A program made the position numbers and the translations under genes. DNA of 63,656 bases, counting the filler, from Dugesia japonica (lineage: Eukaryota): assembly GCA_001938525.1 (NCBI GenBank). It is 6 parts of 6 records of this genome, joined end to end, with 100 filler letters (N's around TTAATTAATTAA, not from the genome) between each part and the next. Parts side by side here need not be neighbours in the genome. Positions count along the whole stretch, not along the records: positions 12,283 to 22,244 come from MQRL01615022.1; positions 22,345 to 30,604 come from MQRL01459360.1; 4 more parts are not named here. One strand, written 5' to 3'. The notes beneath the pieces are model-generated. The model did not search any database. It was not told where the DNA came from and worked only from the letters and a program-made list of their open reading frames with translations. Shown one piece after another: positions 12,410 through 23,896 of this stretch; the stretch's first letter is position 1; each line of letters starts with the position of its first letter.

Positions 12410-12575
12410 AAAATACACAAATGGGTATATAAAAATGCACACATGGGTATATAAAAATGCACACATGNNNNNNNNNNNNNNNNNNNNNNNNNNNNNNNNN
12501 NNNNNNNNNNNNNTATATAAAAATGCACACATGGGTATATAAAAATGCACACATGGGTATATAAAATTGCACAAC
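12410..12575. repeat. 22-bp minisatellite (ATGGGTATATAAAAATGCACAC)n
   Basis: Tandem copies on both sides of an N gap. Confidence 0.9.
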
Positions 12576-13639
12576 CCTGTAAAGTAAACTTAAATAAATT
12601 TAATTAAAATAAATTATTCAATAAAATTTCAATAAAATGAAAAATAATTTCTAATATATGTTAAATTAATTAAAAAGTTAATTCCTGAAGTCAATAACCG
12701 AAAACTCGGATAACTATCAAAAAGAAATAAAAAAATACAAAACAACATTTTGATCGAAACTATTAATTTAATTCACTCAAATAATTGTCTAAATTATATT
12801 CTAAATGTTCTGCAAAGATTTCAATTAATATATTATTATATATTCCCATTCTGTTCGTTTAACGTGGAAATATCGCGATAATCGGTATTTAAGTCACTTT
12901 GAGTGACTGACTTACCAAAACGAAAAATATGTTCAAAAAATTAAAAAAACCAAACAATACTTTTACTTTTATCAATTTCATAATTAAATATATATTTCAT
13001 TTTTAAATCAAATAATAAGAAAGTTAATCCTTTGTCAATTATTATTAAATTCAATTAGGTATTTATAATATTCATCAAATAACTTTGGAAAAACCATTAA
13101 AAAAAATCTAAAATTATAAATCCAAAGTTGACTAACCAGAAATAGGTGGGTAATTTGATATATCCAAATATGAATTGTATTGTGATCTTAAAGTAAAAGA
13201 TTGTAAAAGAAAAATTAAGAAAGTCGAAAAAATTTTAAAAAGTAATATCATAGTTTTAAAAAGCTTGTGCGAAGGTAAAAATAAATTCAGCAGTAAAAAG
13301 ATAAAAATTAAATCCGTAATGTAAATTAATAATTTCCTGTCAGAGTAAACTCGCTATAGTCACTTTGAAAAGAGTCCTGTTATATTAAAGAGATCGAATC
13401 AAAGTTCATATTTGTTGTTTCATAGTAGTATACAAAATAATAGTGGTCATTAGGTAGACCAAAGTAAAGTTATTGCTCACGAGCTCCTCCAAATGAGCTT
13501 ATTGACACCTTCAAAAAAGATTCAGAACATAAACAAGTAATTGAATTCATTAATTTTTTATTTTTCTTTACCTGTAGTTTTATCTCGCGAAACCCGGAAA
13601 CCAAGAAATAATAATAAATATGTTCTAAATAAAACTTAC

Positions 13640-13849
13640 TTTAATTGAACCATTTCTTTAGAAAAACCGTTAGATAACTGATTTTCCAGTTTTGTTTTTG
13701 TTTTCTATATTAATTTATACATGTTATTAGATTTTTAATTTATAAGTAATAATATCACAAATTGTTTAATTTCTTTCAGTGATGTTTCTTGCTTCCATTT
13801 ACGAATTTCTTCTACTTCCGTTTTTAACTTAAAATGAAGATGTATTAAT
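13640..13849 (-). CDS. Two short exons (13759-13849, 13640-13704) of a coiled-coil protein, possibly SYCP1-like
   Basis: Flanked by AG/GT sites with a 54-nt intron, in-frame join; LIHLHFKLKTEVEEIRKWKQETSLKEIKQF resembles the SYCP1 conserved motif by eye. Confidence 0.35.
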
Positions 13850-14541
13850 CTAAAAAAAGAATATCTTAAAATTAATTTTATGAATTTATTTATTAGTTAA
13901 CAGTTTATAAAAGAAATCAGTAGTTATTTAATATTTTATTCAGTTATTGAAGAAAATTTTCAAAATAAATTGACAATTCAAATACTCTAAATCAATAATG
14001 ATATTTTGTTTATGTAATAAAATAGCGGTTATTTAATAATAACACTGAATTCCACTTTTTATCTGTTTGACGCTTAATGATTCCGAATTGGGAATTAAAA
14101 TAAGATTTAAAAGCATAAATCAAAACAATTTTTTGTTATATTTCCAAATTTTTCCAAAAATAATTTGAAAAAGATAATAAAAAATCAAAATAAAATTTTA
14201 AAAAAATCAGCCGAAAAACATTTCTTCGTGGAGAGGATATATATAAATATCTTCAAAAATGAAAAGTTTAATCAAAATATAAATTCAAACAGTAGATAAA
14301 GTTCAATTTTTTAAAAATGGAGTAACTCGAATTTTAATTATTTATGGATTTGTGAATTTATACTAGAATTAAACGTGTGTTGAATTGCTAAATATGGTAG
14401 AAAACACTTTTCAACGTAACCTTATAAATTTTGTGTAATTGTAAAGTATTTAGTAATTATTTTAATAACTTAAATTTTTATAAATTCGATCATTCATAAT
14501 TCTATAGTGTAATATGTTGTGGTAATGAGTTATTTTATATA

Positions 14542-15834
14542 AATAATTGGAACGAAAGTCTTGTCCGATAGAAAATAATATTTATTTAACCAATAAAAGC
14601 AACATGTAAATTGAGAAATATAAACAAAACATCATTCGTCCGTNNNNNNNNNNNNNNNNNNNNNNNNNNNNNNNNNNNNNNNNNNNNNNNNNNNNNNNNN
14701 NNNNNNNNNNNNNNNNNNNGTTAGCATAGAATTCTGCAGGTTTTGAAGCGAACCAGTTTTCCAAATCACCACGAAGTGAGTTTTTCATAGGAGAAAACAG
14801 GTAATAGTTGGATGGGGAAAGGTCTGTGGAGTATGGTAGATGTAGCAATACCGGAAAACCGATCTTAGCAAGCTTACTTTGAGTTAATCGTGCCGTATGC
14901 GGTCGAGCGTTATCCTGGAGAAAATAAAAATTTTCAAAACTGTTTCCACGCAAACTGTGTCTCCTTTGTCGAATCGAATCCACGAGTTTGTCCTACTGAG
15001 TGCAATAAATTTCAGCGTTTATGTTTTTTCCTTGAGTAAGTACATCACACAAGAGAATTCCTTTCACGCCCCAAAAAATAGTGGCAAGGTGCTTTTGTGC
15101 TGTCAAATATTGACCAATTGATGTTGTTGGTTGATCAACGGCACCAAGATCGGTCGTGATAAGATCGATTGGCATTGTTCCAATATACCCACACCTCATC
15201 CACCGTTATAGCCAACAATTTGCCAAAAATCCTTTCCCTGTTGGCTTTATTTTCATCTGACAAAAAATGTGGCAACCATCTGTTTGCCAAGTATTGCTTT
15301 CCCATTTTGTGCAAGTGTCGGAGAAACGACAGCTCTTCTGTCATATTATGAGATGTAGCATATTTTTCGTACGTCAGAACCTCTTTGATTCGATCTTCTA
15401 CATCATCTTTAACCAATGATCGCCCACTTCTCTCTTCATCATCAACGACGAAATCACCAACAATGAATTTTGCAATTGTTCGCTTACCGTTTCTCACAGA
15501 CACAGTACCGGTGCCAGGCACGGAGTTAATCTTCTTCTCAATTGAAGGCGCATTCATTCCATCTTTCCACAAAAAATACGTCAGCTTTTTTAAGTCGCTT
15601 CTGTTAAAATTTCATCATATGTCACTAAATAATACATTTTTAAATGATTACTATCTGAAACAATTATTTAATTATAATATAAAAACCAAACATTTGAACA
15701 AAGCGTTTAATAATACATTTAAACAAAACATTTCTTCATAATAATGTTTTGCATATATTTCTCAATTTACATGTTGTCTTTATTGGTTAAATAAATATTA
15801 TTTTCTACCGGACAAGACTTTCGTTCCAATCCTA
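14542..15834 (-). mobile_element. Full-length degenerate mariner (~1.29 kb) with long TIRs
   Basis: Motifs DEERSGR, RWLPHFL, TVDEVWVY, QDNARPH and PYSTDLSPSN; inverted termini of ~95 bp; flanked by TA. Confidence 0.93.
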
Positions 15835-16039
15835 TATTTGTTATAAAGCGCACATAAACATATTACAACATACAACATACAACATACATATTACATAAAT
15901 TACATAAACAAATGAATATAAATATAAATTAAAAATTAAAATATTAATTTTCAAAAGGTTTGCACATTTAATTACAAAAAAATATTTACTAAAAGTTAGA
16001 TTTTTAATTATATATTTTGATGAATACAATAATATGAAT

Positions 16040-17000
16040 CTTGAATGGCAATGAAAGATATATTCTCCATCGAACTAGACAATTTGAATCCATCGCAGTG
16101 TTAGAGCTTCAATAGCTTTGTGATTGTAAGAGTGATTCATAGATTATACATACGTGGAAAATTTTCAATTTGGTATATATTATATTAAAATTTATTCTTG
16201 AAATATTTTAAAATTATTTCAAATATTTATAGTAAAAAAAGTACATTACAGATTTTTAAAATAGAAAATATTTTTTAAATGTAAATTGATTTAAATAATT
16301 GCCATATATTATATTATGCAAAATTATAAAAGTATAAAATTATTTTAAGAGATTANNNNNNNNNNNNNNNNNNNNNNNNNTAAAAGTATATATATTTTTT
16401 AAAAAGAAAATCGATATATTTATAATATTTTACTTTAATGAAGTTGTTTTGTTTGTTTAAATACTATGAATTATTCTTACATCTTTTTTAACTTTAATCA
16501 AACACTTTTGATAATAAATAAAAGTTATGGAAAATTGTGAAGTTTTAAATTTAACTAAAAGTGATAAAATTTGAATTTTATGAGCCGTATATTTTTATGG
16601 GTTTTTTTNNNNNNNNNNNNNNNNNNNNNNNNNNNNNNNNNNNAAGAGATCAGCATAAATAATAATACGATTGTTCGATTTCAGGAAAATACGATGGATG
16701 TTTAAAATCTCCCATACAAGCTTCTATATATTCTTCTGAGTTAATCGGGCACTATGTGGTCTCTTTCACAACCATACCTTTTCTATTGGTTAGAGCAGGC
16801 CTGGTATTTTGTCGCTATAATTGTTAATCATATAGTACATTTGTTTATAATAGTATCACAAAAAGTACTGGGTATATAGTCCCACAGTGCAAAAGACTTT
16901 GTCCAGAGACATTTTGTGCGATTATTGTAGATTGTAAATTATGTTAATTATATAATTATATGTCAATTGTAAATAAAGTATGTTTCTATGATATGCATGT
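16040..17000 (-). mobile_element. Highly decayed mariner fragments
   Basis: RPHSARLTQKNI*KLVWEIL (~16700-16770) and AIEALTLRWIQIV*FDGEYI (~16060-16120) match the mariner catalytic-domain C-terminus. Confidence 0.55.
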
Positions 17001-18699
17001 GACTATTTATTGCCCAAAGGTTTCCAAATAGTGATCAATACCTAAAAACAAAATATAAAATAACTTAATTAATTAAGTATAAGGCGAATAAAAATAACGT
17101 AATATTAAAAAGAAAGAGGAGAAACAACTGAAATTAAAGAGTTTAATTTAAAATAAACAAACATAATTTATAGAAGAAATCGTGGGAGGTCACAATATAC
17201 ATTGAAATATTGACGACGGAAAGATGAAGAAGCAGGCTTATGAAGAAGCTCAAAATCCTGATGACAGTGTGCAACTTATTTAAAGAGATTCAATAAACTA
17301 TGAATATGGTAATGGAATTAAAGTGAGAAAAGTGAATTAAGTAATTTAGAATACTGTCCACTTTAATTTTGACTCTCAAGCAGAATCATATCAGTTGAGT
17401 TTTTCCTCTTCAGGTTTATTTATTTTCTCATATTAAAAATTCACACTTTAACCCAGTGTCCATTCTTCGTTTCACTACTTCATCTACTATAATGAAATGG
17501 ATTATCTCATCCTTTGAAAAAATAGTATAACTCTAAGATATTTTCCTTTGTTTTTTCTCAACACATGCTCCATCATAACATCTTATTAAATATTAAAGAT
17601 TTCTTTCCCATATTTTTAGAAGCTGTATTNNNNNNNNNNNNNNNNNNNNNNNNNNNNNNNNNNNNNNNNNNNNNNNNNNNNNNNNNNNNNNNNNNNATGC
17701 TTGTTTAATTAAATTTAATTTTGAAGTAAAATTAAAAATCTTACTTAACATCTTCATACGAAACTTGATCGAATAATTCAGATTTGTCGAATTCATAAAA
17801 ATAAAATGGTAAAAATTGATAATTAAATTTGCTAATATCAAATTTATTATTATTTGAAAGTTGTACATTGTCCGAATAGAATGAAGTAGAAAACATTCGG
17901 TTCTCTAAACATTTTGAATTTTGGTTATTATTAGAATGAAACCAATTTTCTGAACAAATCGTTCTTTGAAGATTATTACTGTTATTTTCAATTATCATCA
18001 TTGTTCAATTTCTATTAAACTATTCTTCAAATGTTAAATTAATATTAATAAATACATTTGAAAAGTCATCTATTTTTATGATTTAATATTGATTATCTAA
18101 AATTATATTTAAATTCTTTTGTTGGAAAAACATACCTATAGACTTTGTTGATTGAAATTTCATTGTTCATTATTTTTTCAATAAAGTCTTCAAAAGCATA
18201 AAACCAAAAAGAATCTCATTTTAATTATATTAAACATATAAACACATGTATTTTTTGATAATTCGTTTTAATATGGATAAGTTAGTGAGTTCTTGTCGAT
18301 AATACNNNNNNNNNNNNNNNNNNNNNNNNNNNNNNNNNNNNNNNNNNNNNNNNNNNNNNNNNNNNNNNNNNNNAATGTGAAATACAAAACAATACTCAAT
18401 AATATACTTAGCTAAAAATCAAAATTAAAAGAACTGTTTCAGTGTGCATTAAAAATGTGTTTCATTTAAAGAAATCTTTTTAAATGTTAAATTTAAATCA
18501 GTATTATCCAAGTAGAATTCAGAAAAAACCCTTCTTACCATGTATATGTTTTTCTGTCTTTGTATGCAGAGTTTCAACCGAGCGATGAATCTTTTATACC
18601 TCTTAATAAAGGTACATGAATGTGTCACTCGCTGATTACTAATTATAAATTATTTATTATAAATTACTCATGAAAACGTTTCAATATTTTCTAATCAGC

Positions 18700-19920
18700 T
18701 CCATTTTCAAAAGAACTACTGAGTTTATCTAATAATTGACTTGCTTATTTTGTGGAAATATTGACCGAATCTAAAAGAATTTCGATATCCTCTTCCTCGG
18801 AGCTTTCCAAAACTTATGCTGAGATATTTTAATAGACATAATCCCAATCATATGCCGTTGCAAAAAATTCAATACTTGCTTAAAATTCACTAACACTCAA
18901 TTCAACAGCCATTTCTTTAGTCTTTTCTTGTAAAACCTGTTTGGTAATTTGNNNNNNNNNNNNNNNNNNNNNNNNNNNNNNNNNNNNNNNNNNNNNNNNN
19001 NACAAACATATATTTTTATAACTACAACCTGTTACGTTTTGATACAAGTCCATTATCAACAACCGTATTTATCGGTTCTTTAGATTTGAAAATTCCAATT
19101 ACTGTCATTCTTCAAATATTGAAAATTTTGAAAAGTTCACCTGGATATACAGTGATGAATCTTTTCCTCCTCAATAATAAGTATTTTTTCATGTAATTTT
19201 AATTAACGTTTTTTTGGCTTTGATAAATTCATTAGTCACTAATGATTAGTGTAAGGAATATGTGATGTAGGATAATTCTTATGTTTGGTAGTATTTTTTT
19301 ATGTTATCTGTTTATTATAAGTTTTGTTACTTTTTGTGCTTTTGTTTTAATATTTCAATTGTATATTGTGCGTTTTTTTAAAAAAGTAAAATTTGTTTAC
19401 ATTGGAATTTGTAATAAAAAATCTCCGTAAATTTTATTTTAAATTTTTTTAATAACTTTTTAATAAGTGTAATTTGTGAGATTGTAATTTATGTTTTCAG
19501 AATTCTTCAATTATAGTGATCATTATAATTCTAACAAATAGGTTTGAATTAATTTGAAAAGTTGGAAAAAATTTCTATTGAACTTAATGGTTATAAATAT
19601 TTTATAAATATCGGTAGAGGGATTGAAAAAATTGACAAAAGCGATTTTTTCTTTAATTTTATTTTGTCGAATACAATTATTTATTGCATACAAATTATAT
19701 TTTTAATTTTTAAAAGTATCGCAATATGAAGGTGTAATAATAAGTAGAAAAGTGTATAATTTATTCAGTGTCCTAATATCGAGGTGTCGTTTTAACAATG
19801 TGTCGTTAAATCAAGTTAATTTTGGTGACTTTTTAAAATATATTGTTCGGAACAAAAGGATCCTCTTTATATCGAGGGTGTCTTTATATCAAAATGTCGT
19901 TATATCAAGGTTCGACTGTA
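18700..19920 (-). mobile_element. Tigger/pogo-family remnant
   Basis: KQVLQEKTKEMAVELSVSEF*AS matches a CENP-B-type HTH; terminus TACAGTCGAACCTTGATATAACGAC at 19896-19920 (minus strand). Confidence 0.55.
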
Positions 19921-20735
19921 TAGATATTTTGAACAATCTGACAGTAGTTTATTATTTATTTTCATAAATATTGCAAACTAGTTTTGTATTTCAACCTAAT
20001 GACGATCGTTACCAAATTTATAGTGGATTTAGTTTTAAATTTACATAAAATTCTTTAAAAAATCTGTTTTAATTAAAAGTCATTTTCAAATATTACATTA
20101 AATTAAATACTTGAAATTCATTAAAAAATTGAAATCGATTTCTCAAAAATTTTACAACTCCAATTAATTTTTTTTGCAACCAAAATTGAGAAAATTTTGT
20201 ATTAATATAATTAAAATATTTTTTTACATTTTAATTTCTAGAATGAATATTTTATTTGAAAAGATACANNNNNNNNNNNNNNNNNNNNNNNNNNNNNNNN
20301 NNNNNNNNNNNNNNNNNNNNNNNNNNNNNNNNNNNNNNNNNNNNNNNNNNNNNNNNNNNNNNNGAAAATTTGTAACCATTTGATCAAAAAATCTGGTCAA
20401 AAATTGCTGCAAAGTATTTAATTGTTTAAATTGGCAATTTATTATTTTGAGTTTATTCTTTTTTGTTAAATTACCTTTATAATTTAGTTTAGAATCTTGT
20501 GAAGGTTTACTTAATAAAATTATTTAATTAGATTCGAATTATTGTAATCGTTTTGTTACTAATTCTTCTATCATTCTCCTTTATCCCAGGGTAAATGATT
20601 AAATTTCAAATGATAAATTCACTTATAATCTATTTCTAAATTTGACAAATAACAAGATTACGAAACAATACAATATAATATCAGAAAAAATCAAATTATT
20701 CAATAGTAATTTAAGGTTTATTAATCTGTGCACAT

Positions 20736-21929
20736 TTAATCAGAATCATCACTGTGATCATCTTGATTTCCGAATTTCAAAGCGTGTTCAAACAAAATAA
20801 TTCCGCTAATTTTCTTGGCATCTCTTAATCGGTTTGATGTATCTAAAATATCTTTATTATTTAAATTCTGCATTTTTATTACAGGTGCTATTAATCTAAA
20901 TGGCGTCGTGATGGAGCTATATTTATGACAATGACACTTAAGCAAATGTCCAATTATAATACGATATTTCGGCATATAAATCACATAAACAAAGAAATTA
21001 CTTGTTGAATATGAAATACTAAATAACCAACAAATCGCTGCGAATCTAGTTGTTATTTCATTGCGAAAATTGCAATTTCTATTAACATTATAAATGATTG
21101 TATATATAATTGATGGCAAGCCACACAAACTAAATATTGATATGATTATTACTAGCATTCTAGTAACTTTTATTTTTTTGATTTGAGACTTCAATCGTTG
21201 TGGTGTATTTTCAGAATTTGTGTAAATATCCTTTGAAGCATTTAATGCATTTGTAATTCTGATCGAACAAAATAATAATAATAATACTGGTAGAATTTGT
21301 AAAAATATCGAATCAATTATTGTATGAGCTTTGTAAGCTAAATCTGATAAAGTTGAATTGGAATTAGCTGTAATCGTTCGCAAAAGAATAGGAACACGTA
21401 ATAAAACTGTTAAAATAAAACAAACTGATATTCCATAAATTGCTGATCTTAATTTGTTTGTTCCTAAAATATTTAAAGGATGGCATGTTACTAAATATCT
21501 TTCAATTCCTATTAAAACTGTAAGAAGATTTCGGAACATTTCACAAATATTTATCATAATTGTGTTGATAGTATTTAAAATAACTTGGTTTCTTATAGGG
21601 CACAATATTTCAACAAGATCGGGATAATATTGATAAAGTACTTTCATTTCTATATAAATAATAGCGTTAAATAAAAATATTATATCCACAATGGACAAAA
21701 TTTTCAGGAATAATTTGGTTGTTTTTGGAGTAAATCTGTCGAGTATAAACATAATGAAGGTTATGCAACTAAAAGTTATTCCAACAATTATTAATGGCAT
21801 TCCAATGCAGAACAGAGAAATGAAATGAAATTTTATCAATGATAATTCATTTGTTTCAGTCATATTCGGGCACATTTTTTGATAATTCTTTGAATGTTTC
21901 AAACAGACGATTTTGCTAGTGAAATTCAT
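20736..21929 (-). CDS. Intronless rhodopsin-class (class A) GPCR, peptide/FMRFamide-receptor-like, ~397 aa from the first ATG
   Basis: Seven hydrophobic segments, LSIVD (TM2), IERYLVTCHPL (DRY region), CGLP (TM6), SNFFVY (NPxxY variant), N-terminal N-glycosylation sequons. Confidence 0.92.
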   Translation of the reverse strand: MNFTSKIVCLKHSKNYQKMCPNMTETNELSLIKFHFISLFCIGMPLIIVGITFSCITFIMFILDRFTPKTTKLFLKILSIVDIIFLFNAIIYIEMKVLYQYYPDLVEILCPIRNQVILNTINTIMINICEMFRNLLTVLIGIERYLVTCHPLNILGTNKLRSAIYGISVCFILTVLLRVPILLRTITANSNSTLSDLAYKAHTIIDSIFLQILPVLLLLFCSIRITNALNASKDIYTNSENTPQRLKSQIKKIKVTRMLVIIISIFSLCGLPSIIYTIIYNVNRNCNFRNEITTRFAAICWLFSISYSTSNFFVYVIYMPKYRIIIGHLLKCHCHKYSSITTPFRLIAPVIKMQNLNNKDILDTSNRLRDAKKISGIILFEHALKFGNQDDHSDDSD

Positions 21930-22244
21930 AGTTTTATTTATTATTTGAAAAGAAATATTTTTCACTAAAAATCATGAAAATACGAAAAATAAAATAAGAA
22001 AATTCTAATTGATAAATTTACGAATAATTTAACCAATGAAAAATCATGCTTTAAATCAGTTCTTTGAAAAATCAATGATACAAAAATTTATGCAGTTTGT
22101 AATAAATAATATTTTTAAATAACACATTTCTGGTTGTATTATAATTCAATAATTGAAAAACCTTTAAGTTTCAAAGGTTTCTGGTAGAATTTTTAAAATA
22201 GTTAAACGTTCAAATTCTCCGTAAAATAAAATATATCAGATACA

Positions 22245-22344
22245 NNNNNNNNNNNNNNNNNNNNNNNNNNNNNNNNNNNNNNNNNNNNTTAATTAATTAA
22301 NNNNNNNNNNNNNNNNNNNNNNNNNNNNNNNNNNNNNNNNNNNN
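22245..22344. other. Artificial contig linker
   Basis: 44N-TTAATTAATTAA-44N. Confidence 0.95.
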
Positions 22345-22798
22345 AGAATTACCCAGATTTAAGTTCTTTCCAATTTTTCAAGTTGTTTAATGTAAATTTT
22401 CTTTGAACAAAGTCATCAACTTTGACTGTCTTTCCAGAACGTGGTTTACCTTGAGGGTCGAAAGTTCTTAAACGAAACCTAGAGACCCAAATTTAACACT
22501 GACGTTCGGTAATCGCATCTTCTCCATACACTGCACTTGATTTTCTTCTGGCAGTGCAGCATTTATACCTTTTCGGTAATAAAATGATAGAACATGTCGA
22601 AAATGCAATTTCATGTTATTCATTTCAAATGTCCAACCTGAAATGTAATTTCAGATATTAAAACAAATTTACTTATAAATTAAACTAAAATTGCAGTTTG
22701 TTGTAATGAGTATTAATAAGTTAAAACTGTCTTTGATTCTTTAAATTAAAACTAGAATATGAACACAAAAAATAGAAGTTACTTTCCGAACAACTTAA
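22345..22798 (-). mobile_element. Mariner 5' half (TIR plus HTH region)
   Basis: HFRHVLSFYYRKG, VYGEDAITERQC*IWVSRFR, KPRSGK; terminus TA-TTAAGTTGTTCGGAAAG. Confidence 0.85.
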
Positions 22799-22989
22799 TA
22801 TTTTAAAAATAAATCGTTGTTTATTCATTTATTTATTGTTTTTAAATTTTACATACTCTAAAATCAATATATAATCATATATCCAATTAAATATTATATA
22901 ATCCTGTGATTCCAAAACTGTGTGCCGCGAGAATTTTCCAATATTAGATTCTTTATATAAAAGTAGCAAATCCAAAGAACTTATTGACT

Positions 22990-23405
22990 TATTCATTAAA
23001 ATAAAAGCTTCGATCAAAATTTGTTTTTGATAATAATTCTAATTTTCGATTTTATCTTCGTTGAATAAATATTTTTACTAAATTTTAATTAGTTAGTTTT
23101 AATTATTAAAAATTATATTGATTTTAGAATTGTCTTCTCTAAATAGTAAGTCTTCATGCTTTTTATAGTATGCTCCTAGTGTTTTCCTTGATATCAATTC
23201 TTTGTTTGCGTTGAAAGTGTTTGAAAACTTCACTTTCTTTTTGTTTCAGACGTTCCTTAATCCTTTTTTGGATGGTTCTGATTGTTCCCCTGATATATGT
23301 TTCTTGACAAATGGTGCATGTTAATTTATAAGTGACATTTTGCTTATTGCATATATTTCTACCATAACAAATGCAATTATTCTCGCAATAATTGCAATTG
23401 TAAAA
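22990..23405 (-). mobile_element. Penelope-like 3' fragment of a second family (GIY-YIG plus terminal repeat, with an inverted tail copy at its 5' end)
   Basis: YKLTCTICQETYIRGTIRTIQKRIKE (GIY-YIG), followed by a decayed hammerhead and TTGATCGAAGCTTTT; AATTATTCTCGCAATAATTGCAATTG is shared with copies at ~47690, 50655, 51115 and 52800. Confidence 0.7.
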
Positions 23406-23896
23406 GATTGACTTATGTTCACAATTTGTTGTTACACCAAACTATNNNNNNNNNNNNNNNTATATAATATAGCAGAAATAATAAGATATAATTAATTCAT
23501 AAATTAAAAATTTGCATAATAATAAATCAATATTTTAATTACGGGCGCTGTGGAAGAATTTTGAATTACTAGGAGCGCTACAACATCAAAATGTTTGGGA
23601 ACCAATGATATAACCAAATGTCAGACTCGCGTGTTGAATAGATTACTTAATTTCCACCATAAATAACATTAACAAATGCCAAAAATGTTTTCTTGGACCA
23701 CGGACATATAAAAATTATAAATACTGTGCTAAATACAAACATTCTTACTTATAAATGCAAATTTATCAGTTTTGTGTATTCAATTTCTAATAGAAAGCAA
23801 AACCAATTAAAGAATTCTAGCAATAATTAATAAATTAAAAGGTTTTCTTTATTTGTTCTCAAATCAATAATATTGACAAAGATTTAGCTAAATTAC

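Noticed and set aside
12410-12575. Regular 22-bp repeats as a CRISPR-like array
   Set aside because: No unique spacers; a simple minisatellite in eukaryotic DNA
17350-18175. Asn-rich 86-aa ORF and a possible first exon (MNNEISINKVY)
   Set aside because: Could not join exons in frame without stops; no homology recognised
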